In this document: positions 54,145 through 64,000 of the stretch, piece by piece
Numbering within the stretch: the first letter of the stretch is position 1
How the letters are laid out: every line of letters starts with the position of its first letter
Source: Piromyces finnis finn
Taxonomy: Eukaryota > Fungi > Neocallimastigomycota
Reading direction: 5' to 3'
Length of the DNA stretch: 64,000 nucleotides
Assembly: GCA_002104945.1 (NCBI GenBank)
Contig: MCFH01000060.1
Span: 248,001 to 312,000 of the forward strand
Notes under the pieces: generated by a model
What the model was told of the DNA's origin: nothing
Database searches by the model: none
The model's input: the letters and a program-made list of their open reading frames with translations, nothing else
Program-made: the position numbers and the translations under genes

Positions 54145-56077
54145 TTTTGTCAAAGATAAAATGTTTGAATTTTAAATATTATTAAAATTGAATTGTATTG
54201 TTCTTTGAAGACAATGTAAAATTAAAAATGTTATGAATGTATTTTGTATTGTTTACTTTCTTTTTTTTTTTAATTTAACTTTGGTATGACAAAATTACAA
54301 AATATTTACAAAATGGAAAAATTTGAAAATAAAAATTAAAGCTATTGTTTTAAAAATAAAATGAGAAAAAAAAGAGAACAATGGCTTTGTATTTATATTC
54401 TCTCCTATGCAACTTTAAGAATTATAAAAATCAAAAATTTAATATATCAAAACATTATAAAAAAGAGTTTAATAATAAAATAAAAAAAATAAAAACAAAG
54501 GTTTAAGAATAAATTAAAACAACATTTCAATTTATTTAAATTCACCTATTGGCTATTTGAAATTAAATCAAAGAAAACATTTCATTTATTTTATATTATT
54601 TTATATTATTTAATATTTTATTTTATTGAAGAAAAAAAAGATATTTTTTATTATTTCTGAATAAAAAGCCAATAAAAAAATTATAACAAAAATTAATATA
54701 TAATTAATATATAATTTAATATAAATATATTAAATAAATAAACATTAATAAGAAGTAATCTCCGATTGCAAACAAATATTAAAAATAAAATAACTATAAC
54801 CATTTATATGAAAACATTTCATGAATATTTTAATTTTTTTTTTTTTTTGGAAAATATTTTCGAATTTCATCTTCTAGACTTTTAAATCAAAATCAATATA
54901 TTAATATAATATATATTTAATAAAATTATGAATAAACTAATTATTTCACCATTCACACATTTTTATTTATTTATGGGAATTGCAATATATTATCAATATT
55001 TTCACTAATTTCTCCTTTTTCAACTTCATAGGGTTTAGAGTTATGTTGATCACTATTAAATAAACTATTTTTATTATCTCTATTATTATCATTGTTGTCA
55101 TTGCTATTATTTATATTATTATTATCAATTATTTCAATTGGCGATTTTAGTGAATATTCAAAATCATGAATTGAAAATTGATCAAGGGATTAAATAATAA
55201 TATGTATAATATGATATTTCAAAATAATTATAAAAATAGATTTTTTTTTTATTTTAAAAATAAATTTAAATGATACGGAATTTTAATAAATTTTTCAATA
55301 TTTTCACATTTTCCTCTCTAAGTATTATTAATTATTTGATATAGCATTAAATTATTTAAATAATATGCTTTTATAAAAAAATAAAATTTAGTAGTATGAT
55401 ATTCAAAAGTAATAGTTTATTATAATAAGTATTACTAATGTTTCACAATAAAAATAAAAGAAATAATTATAAAATATATATAGTAAAACAAGAATGTATA
55501 ATACTTTTTCTATATATTTTTATTGTAGAATATCAGTAAATAATATATATCTTAAATATCTTAATATATAATACTATAATTATTTTTATTTTGTATTATA
55601 AAATCAACTTTGTAATAAATTATTATGATAAAAAGATAATTATATTAATTTAAAATAAAAAATAAAAGCATATGAATTTTAATTAGTTTAATACTTAATT
55701 TAAATATTTTATTTATATTTTAATTCATTATTTAAAATTTATTCATAATTTTATTAAAATATATGTTATATTAATATATTGATTTTGATCTAGAAGTCTA
55801 GAAGTTGAAATTTAAAAATATTTTCCAAAAAAAAAAAAAAAAATTAAAATATTCATGAAATGTTTTCATATAAATGATTATAGTTATTTTGTTTTTAATA
55901 TTTATTTACAATCGGAGATTATTTCTTATTAATATTTATTTATTTAATATATTTATATTAAATTAGATATTAATTTTATATTAATTTGATTTAGGATTAA
56001 TTTTTATTAAATACAATTAAAAAAATAATAAAATAAAAAAGATAATATATATAAAAAATATAAAACAAAAATTAAAA

Positions 56078-56159
56078 CGTCACCTGCAGGACTCGAACCT
56101 GCGCTCCCAAAGGGAAATGGCTTAGCAGGCCACCGCGTTAACCACTCCGCCAAAGTGAC
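56078..56159 (-). tRNA. tRNA-Ser(GCT), identical to 43577-43658
   Basis: Same 82-nt sequence. Flanks 55988-56185 match 43487-43684. Confidence 0.97.
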
Positions 56160-57380
56160 TTCAAATTTCATATTAAATGATACGCTACTCACATAAAAAC
56201 ATAATAAAAACTAACTGAATAAACACGTGTCAAGAGTTAGAGTGGATTTAGAACTATAATTAAGTCTACTAGGTTAGGATAGGCTTAATTATATAGTAAA
56301 TAATAAATTTTTATAAATAAAAGAGTAATAAATATAGTTTTTTTAAGAAATATTTTATTTAATTTTTATAATATAAGTAAATGATAATTATTAATTTTAA
56401 ATATTGAATTTACTATATAAAAATGAGTATAATAATCTCACAAAGAACTTCTTAAAGTTGTTCTTTGTTCAACTTATTTATACTTCATTTTTAATATAAT
56501 GTTGATATTAATAAAGTATAATAATAATATAATTTAAGTTATACATGTATAATAATATAAATATAAATATTAATAAAATATAATAATAATAATAATATAA
56601 TTTTCTTTAAATATCGATATTAATAAGTTGTTAAAAATAATATTAATAATTATTTAAATGAATCTTATTTTACTAATTGGTTTGTTTAATATTAATTAAT
56701 TGTTACACTATTTATCTCCGGATAATAAATAGCTTTCCAATTAATATTTATATTAAATAAACTATTATTAGTAAAATATTATTAAATTAATATTTTAATT
56801 AATTTAACTAATAATTCAAAATTATGAAATTTCATGAAATGTCAAATTTCATGAATTGTGATTTTGACAACGCCCTTCCACTAAAATTGGATACTAGACA
56901 ATTTTTTGATAGTGGAATATCTTATATTGAATTTAAAATATTGAAATTTTAATATTTTCAAAATTTTTGAAATTTCGAAATGGTCACATGAGGATGGAGG
57001 AATGAATTTTAAATGGCCATTTCGCGAAATTTCAAAAGTTGTCAAAAATTGGTAAAAATGAAATTTTGTTATGAAATACATATATGTATTGTATGAAAAA
57101 CATGTTTTTGTAATTTTTTGTGTTGTACAACTGTTATAATTGAAATTTTGATTTTTTTGAAATTTTAAATTTCAATTTTAAAAGGTTTTTTATGTTTTTT
57201 GAAAATTTTAAAATTTAATATTGAAAATATTAATAATAATAAATTAAAAAATAAAATTTATAGTTGGAAAATAATGAATATAAAAATTTTTGAAATTTCA
57301 ATTTTTAAATCTGTGATGGGTTAAATTGAAGTAATTTTGTATTATAATAGTTTTCTCATTTTTTTTCATTCTCTTTCTCT

Positions 57381-57426
<46 letters not shown>

Positions 57427-57432
<6 letters not shown>

Positions 57433-60400
57433 ATAAGCGATATCAATAGGCTTCCTATTGTTCTTTAAATATAATAAGAAGATATTTTGGTTTCTTGGGT
57501 TATCTTCAACTTCACTAGAAGGAACCCAATTATATTGAGAACGGTATTTGTATCTAATTTTGTATTCATACCGTTTAAGTTTATAATTAGTTCGAAATCC
57601 CGCAATCTCAATGATATCTTTAATTGATTCGGGATCCTTTGCTCTTGATAAAAATCTTGAAGGAGTAGGAATAAAAGGTTCAAGTTCCGAAATATGGAAG
57701 ATTGGATGATGTTTTGGGAAAGGAGAGTTGTGTATATCTATTTTATAATTGTTATTTTCCAAAACATATAAAACTTTATAGGGTCCATATTTACAAGGAG
57801 AAAGTTTTGGAGTTTCTTCCGTAGAAAAGGATGGAGGAGCTTGAATCCAAACTTTATCGCCAACTTTAAATATAGGAGGTGACATCCTTTTCTTATCGGC
57901 ATGTTTTTTATATAAATCCTTGGCTCTAAATAAAACTTCTTTAACATAATTAAAATTATCACAAACATTTCTAATAAAATTATTATTAGTATAGGATTTG
58001 TCATAAAGAAAAACATCATCAACAGGAGGGTGGAATCCATAGTTAATAAAGAAAGGACTTTGTTTGGTAGACTCATTAATAGAATTGTTATAAACAAATT
58101 CGGCTAAGTGAATCCATTCAACCCAATCATCATGATAATAGGACTTTGAATAACAGCGGAGATATTGTTCAATAAAAGAGTTACATCTTTCAACTTGCCC
58201 GACCGTTTCATGATGATCAGTGGTAGCAATTTTAGTTTTAACTTTAAGTTCTTCCATTAAATTATTCCAAAGATCACTAGTAAATTGAGAACCACGATCA
58301 GTATAAATATCAGAAGGCAATCCATGAAGTTTAAATATATTTTTAATAAAAGCTGTAGCTGTTTGTTTAGCATCGGGTATTTTCTTAAAAGGAACTAAAT
58401 GAATCATTTTTGAAAATCTATCTACAGTAACCATTAGAACAGTATATCCTTTAGAATCAGGTAAACCACATAAAAAGTCAATTTCAACAGAACGCCATGG
58501 TCTATCAGGAGTTTCTAAAGGTTGTAAAGGACCATATTTTTTGTGTTTATTGAATTTGTTTCTAGTACAAGTTTCACAAGAATTAACAAATTCAGTTACA
58601 TCTTTATGAATTTTTGGCCACCAATAGTTTCTAGTAATTAATTCTTCAGTTCTTTTAATACCCAAATGACCAGCAGCAGGATTTTCATGGTATCGCATTA
58701 GTACTTCTAATCTTAAAGCTTCAGGAATATATATTAAATTATTATAAAGAATCATATTATTTTGAATCTTGAATTTATTCATTTTCCTAAAAGGTTTATA
58801 AAAATAACCTTGATTAGCATTATTTGGTGCAAAATATAATCTAATATCATTTGCGGTATCATCTGTTTTAGTATATTCAATAACTTTATCAATAAAATCA
58901 CTAAGAATTCCCACAAAACATGGAATATTTTTAACATTTTTTATATCTAAAATATTCTCAGGTTTAATTTGTTCATTACCAGAATTATAATCAGGTCTTC
59001 TAGAAAGACTATCAGGCTTACCATTTTTTCTTCCTTGGCGATAAATTAATTCAAAATCATATTCCTGGAAGAAGAGATGCCAACGATGTTGACGTTGATT
59101 TTGAATTTTTCCACCTAAAGTATAAAGTAAATTACGGTGGTCTGTATAAACTTTTACTTTAAATTTAGCACCTAAAAGTAGATGTCGCCAAGCCGAAAAA
59201 GCAGATTTAATAGAAAGAAGTTCTTTATCTGTAATAGAATAATTCCTTTCTGTATCATTTAAACTTCTGGAAAAATAAGCAACAGGATGTAGTTTTTTAT
59301 CATCATCATATTGAGATAAAACGGAACCTATTGCGAAATTACTGGCATCACATTCTACTATGAACGGCCTATTAGTATCAGGAAAAACTAAAACGGGAGA
59401 AGTAATTAATTTATTTTGTAATTTTACAAAAGCATCATCACATGTCTTATCCCAATGAAATTTAGCATTTTTCCTAGTTAAATTATGTAAAGGTTTGGCA
59501 ATTTTTGCAAAATTATTAACAAACCTTCTATAATAATTACAAAGACCAAGAAAGCGTTGAACATCTTTAACACATTTTGGTCTAGGCCATTCTTTAATAG
59601 CTTCGATCTTCTTTGGATCAGTAGAGATACCATTACTTGATATAGTGAAACCTAAGAATTCAACTTCATTTTTATGAAATTCACATTTTTCAAATTTTGC
59701 ATATAAGTTGTTTTGTATTAATTTATCTAAAACAGATCTTACATGGTTGATATGATCGTTGAGATTTTCTGAGAAAATTAAAATATCATCCATGTATAAA
59801 ATAACAAATTTATCCAAATATTCGCGTAATATTGAATTTATGAATGATTGGAATGTTGCTGGAGCATTTTTTAATCCATATGGCATTACTAAATATTCGT
59901 AATGGCCAAACTTTGTTCTAAAAGCGGTCTTATATTCATCACCTTCTTTTATTCTTATCAAATTATAAGCTGATCTCAAATCTAATTTAGTGAAAATTTT
60001 TGAACCCCTAACCCTTTCAATGATATCTGATATTAAAGGTAAAGGATACGAATTCCTTACTGTTACAGAGTTTAACTTTTTGTAATCAATACAAACCCTT
60101 AGTGAGCCATCTTTTTTCTTCTGGAAAACAACAGGATAACCTGCAGGAGATTCAGAGGGTCTAATAAAACCTTTTTTAAGATTTTCATTAATATATTCTT
60201 GTAAGGCTTCTTCCTCTTGTCTTGACAAAGGATAAATAGGTCCATAATGTAAAGTGGCATCATTTTCTAGGACTATTTTACAATCAGTTAAACGGTGTGG
60301 AGGTAACTTATCAGCTTTTGATTTGCTGAAAACAACAGCAAGATCTTTATATTCATTAGGGATATCATCCATGATAAGGGTTAGGTCATTTTCTTCATCA

Positions 60401-61113
60401 TCTTCAAAATTTTCGATATTTTCAGATAAAAATGAATGGATAAAATAATTGATATCACTCTTATTAGAAGACATAGAACTATTATCTTTAACTTGAAGAT
60501 TAGATTTATGAGAGAAATTAGTAGAATTATTATTAGTATTATCGGAAAATGAATAATTAAAATCTTTTTTAGAATGAGAAATTTTTAAATTTTTTGAAAA
60601 AATTTTTAAATTCTTATTATTGAAGTGTTTAAAATTATTACAATATAAATGATTATTTTTATAATTAAAATGAATCTTAAATTTCTTCATGAATTTATTT
60701 CCAAATAATAAATCCATAGGAATATGTTCTGAAACTAAGAATTTTTCTTTAAAAGATATAAAATAAAATTTGTTTTTGATAAAAATTTTTAATTGAAATT
60801 TTAAATAAACATAATCATTGATATCAGTAGTAAACCCACTAATACCTTTTATAATCAATTTGTTTTTTAATTTTCTTTTAATTAAATTATATTTTTCTAC
60901 AAATATGGTAGAAATAAAGTTGCATGAGGAACCTGAATCAAGTATTGAATTACAGGTTATTGGAGAATTGGTAATAAAATTAGAGTTGTTATTTAGAAAT
61001 TCTTTAGGAATATATGAGTTAAAGGTTAAAAATGAATTTAAATTGGGATTTTCTTTGTTCTCTAGAGATGGGAAATTATAATAAATAATTTTTGGTGTAT
61101 TATGAACATCCAT
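57427..61113 (-). CDS. Ty3/gypsy pol polyprotein (PR-RT-RNase H-IN with a chromodomain-like tail), element 1. The true N-terminus is probably reached by frameshift from gag.
   Basis: ILDSGS protease, RT LDLRSAYNL and YMDDILIF, RNase H CDASNFAIG, integrase HHCC plus DFL/TDRGSQF/GQVER, and the GPY/F motif. Uninterrupted 1228-aa ORF. Confidence 0.96.
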
Positions 61114-61136
61114 TGACGTCTTATGGTGTTCATTGT

Positions 61137-61766
61137 TTAAAAATTTTTTGAAGAAATTTTTTGAGTTTTTGTAGTGGAATAATTATTATTATTATTATTA
61201 CCACCATTGTTATTAGTTGAATAATTAGATTTTAAATTATTATTGTTATTATTATTATTGTGATATTTTTGATAATTGTTTCTATTATTATTATAATTAT
61301 TGTTATTGTTATTATAAAAAGAATTTTTTCTTCCATGGCTTTTATTATTAATTTGGTTTAACTTTTTATTTGAGACATTGTTTTGTTCAAATAAAATACA
61401 TCTTGTGAAAATAGCTTCGAGAGTAGTAGGAAAGTCATCTAATCTTTCAATATCTTCTTGATACTTAGGATGAAGACCAGTATAAAACATAAGAGTAACA
61501 GCTTCTTGATCCCAGTTAAAATATTGAATATATGATCTAAATTCTTCCATATATTCATTAATTTTTCCATATGTTTGTTTCAATTTACTTAGCTTAATCT
61601 TGGCTAATTTGCGGCTTGAAACATTTGGAAAAGCATTTTTTAATTCTACTAATAATTCAAACATAGTAGAGGGATGAGTATTTCCACTGTATCTTGTTAA
61701 ATACCAAGTTCTAGCAATTCCTCTTAATCTTGTTTTAACAAAATTAATTTTGGCTTCTTCCATCAT
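61137..61766 (-). CDS. Ty3/gypsy gag, element 1
   Basis: KINFVKTRLRGIARTW...KLKQTYGKINEYMEEFR...FYTGL retrotransposon-gag pattern, immediately upstream of pol. Confidence 0.9.
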   Translation of the reverse strand: MMEEAKINFVKTRLRGIARTWYLTRYSGNTHPSTMFELLVELKNAFPNVSSRKLAKIKLSKLKQTYGKINEYMEEFRSYIQYFNWDQEAVTLMFYTGLHPKYQEDIERLDDFPTTLEAIFTRCILFEQNNVSNKKLNQINNKSHGRKNSFYNNNNNNYNNNRNNYQKYHNNNNNNNNLKSNYSTNNNGGNNNNNNYSTTKTQKISSKNF

Positions 61767-62284
61767 ATGCTTATTAGTGTAAAGAACTAATGTTCAATAA
61801 ATAAAAACACAAATATATAAAAAGGAAAATAATAAAAGCAAATAAAAATTTTATTATTGAACACTTAACAAAATTATAACAGGTTAGTGTTTAATAATTT
61901 TATTTTTATTATAAAATTTCTTTGTTAATAAAAACTCGAATTCAAAATAATTTTTTGAGAAATTTCACTCGTATTTATATAAATGTTTTTAAAAGTAAAT
62001 TTATAAAAATTTTACAACTTAATTTTTTAAGCCAATCAGAAATTATCTTCTTTGGTAAAATTTCGTTATAAAATATTTTAATAATTAAAAAAAAGATATT
62101 AATGAGGTTTCGAACTCGAGTAGTTCAAACCAAGGTCTTAGTTACTAACCACTAAGACAGGTTACTAATTTCTATGATTCGTTACATGGTCCTCCTCCAG
62201 GATTCGGATACCAGACGAATCAACTAAATTTATTTGTTACTTTATTATAAAAGAAATAATTGAAACGAGTGAATACATTTTGAA

Positions 62285-62329
<45 letters not shown>

Positions 62330-62432
62330 TGAATATTAAATTATAAATATATTTTTTCATTTTCTATTTTCTATTTTCTATTCTCTTTTTCTCTTATCAA
62401 TTACTAATTTTTTTTTAAATTAATAACTATTA

Positions 62433-64000
62433 CTAATGTGAATTATTAAAGTTTTTAATTAGTTCATCGCAGTTTAAATTACTTTCAGGTTCCCAAGATG
62501 CTTCTGAAAGCGGATAACCTTTCCATTTTATTAGATATTGAATCTTCCCATAATGCTTTCTTTTATCAAGTATTTCTTCTACTTCGTATTCTTCTTCTTC
62601 ATTTACTATTATAGGTGGAGGTGGATCTTTGATTCTTCCAAAACTATCTTCATAATACGGTTCTAGGTTTGAAACATGAACAATTGGGTAAATCTTCAGC
62701 GATTTTGGTAATTCTAATTTATAAGTGAGATTAGAGATTTTACTAATTATCCTAAACGGGCCAAGTTTCCTAGGATTAAATTTTTTATTTCCTTTATGAA
62801 TTATCAAGGAGCTATCCAACCATACTTTGTCACCAGTCTTGAATGTCGGAGGTTCTTGTCTATACTTGTCGGCATATTTCTTTTGAACTTGGATGGCCTT
62901 CTTTAAGTTTTCTTTTAGTTTCTCCATTAGGTCTTCAAAGTCTCTTGTAAACTCTTCAGCTCTTGGAACATTCGTTTGGTCAGGAATTACCGGAGAGTAT
63001 TTTGGGTGATAACCATAATTTAGGAAGAATGGTGAGAATTTTGTTGAGTCTTGAACAGCATTATTGTAACTGAATTCTGCCAATGGAAGAAAGTTGATCC
63101 AGTTTGTTCCTTTATAATTAGAAAAGCATCTTAAATATTGTTCAACAACGGAGTTTACCCTCTCCGTTTGGCCATTGGATTGATGATGATATGGTGAAGA
63201 ATATTTAACATTGACGTCCAAAGATTGACAAATAGATTTCCAAAATTTCGAAGTGAATTGCGCGCCTCTATCGGAAATAATTTCAGAGGGGAGACCGTGA
63301 ATTTTGAAAATATAATTCAAAAAAGCAAAAGCAGTATCAGAAGCAGAAGGAATACCTTTAAAGGGAATGAGGTGGCACATTTTAGTAAGGCGGTCAACTA
63401 CAACAAGAATAGTGTTAAATCCATCCGAAGGAGGGAGGTCAGTAATGAAATCCATAGAAATAGAAGCCCAAGGATGGTCACTAATCTCAAGGGGTTGAAG
63501 TAAACCATATGGTTTATGACGAGAAGGCTTGGAGCGGCAACAAATCTCGCAAGATCGGATATAATTCTTAACATCAATAGAAATGGATGGCCACCAAAAG
63601 TCACGAGAGATCAAAGAAATAGTTTTGCGGATACCAAAATGACCGGCAGAGGGGGAATCATGACAGAGTTTCAAAACGGAGGGACGGCATTTTAAAGGGA
63701 CATAGATTCTACTATCAAAAAGAAGAAAACTATTACTAAGGGAGAATTTATTACTTTGTGGATGTGGAGCTGGGAGATTCTTATTTTCAAGAAAATTGCA
63801 AATGTCAATGTAAAAAGAGTCGTTCACATATTCAGATAATATTTCATCATTAAGAGAAGAAATGGAACAAATCAAAGCGCAGAAATTCTCAGGGCGTAAA
63901 ACCGAAAAAGGAGCATCAGAAGGAAGAGAGGAATCCATATAATCAGGTCTTCGTGAAAGCGCATCAGGTTTACCATTAGATGAACCAGAGCGGTAGAGAA
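62433..64000 (-). mobile_element. Second Ty3/gypsy chromovirus: RNase H end, integrase and canonical chromodomain (continues beyond the window)
   Basis: The frame is open from the window edge (YRSGSSNGKPDALSRRPDY). Motifs: HHCC, SMDF/SDRGAQF/GQTER, GPFRI and EYEVEEILDKR...YLIKWKGYPLSEASWEPESNL. Confidence 0.95.

Larger units (their letters stand above)
57427..62186 (-). mobile_element. Ty3/gypsy (chromovirus-like) element 1 with one upstream LTR-like segment (~61875-62186)
   Basis: Intact gag and pol. The upstream segment begins TGTAAC after a purine-rich tract and contains CCAAT and TATA-like boxes. No matching LTR is found downstream of pol. Confidence 0.8.

Noticed and set aside
56007-56192. 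61-aa ORF
   Set aside because: It is the tRNA-Ser gene read as protein.
56228-56869. Solo LTR bounded by TGTCAA...TTGACA
   Set aside because: The flanks (ACACG versus ACGCC) do not form a 4-6 bp target-site duplication, and no second copy is in the window.
57385-57426. Poly(A) directly after the element 1 pol stop as a sign of LINE-mediated retroposition
   Set aside because: Homopolymers of this length are common throughout the window, so it is not diagnostic.

Overview
Very AT-rich, intron-containing eukaryotic DNA. The base composition, homopolymer and microsatellite load, and CBM18 repeats point to an anaerobic gut fungus (Neocallimastigomycota); this is an inference. The left 39 kb is mostly ordinary genes: a decayed PI-PLC X-domain gene, an atypical Hsp70, two tandem orphan Gly/Pro-rich paralogues, a Ran1/Ksp1-type kinase, a secreted putative GPI protein, an ankyrin relic, multi-exon PDS5, three-exon RanBP1 (YRB1) and a 5xCBM18-purple-acid-phosphatase fusion. 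The right 25 kb is a rearranged accessory region. It holds three copies of a four-exon lineage gene (two forming a large inverted repeat), two identical tRNA-Ser(GCT) genes, LINE and gag relics, and two tandem Ty3/gypsy chromoviruses. The standout unexplained feature is a tandem array of six copies of a bulged stem-loop at 50145-50755. Its conserved core is supported by several compensatory base-pair changes while loops and linkers vary freely, making it a candidate novel structured RNA (or ssDNA) repeat system. The second notable feature is a precisely spliced retro-fragment of the RanBP1 mRNA 5' end at about 20222-20324.
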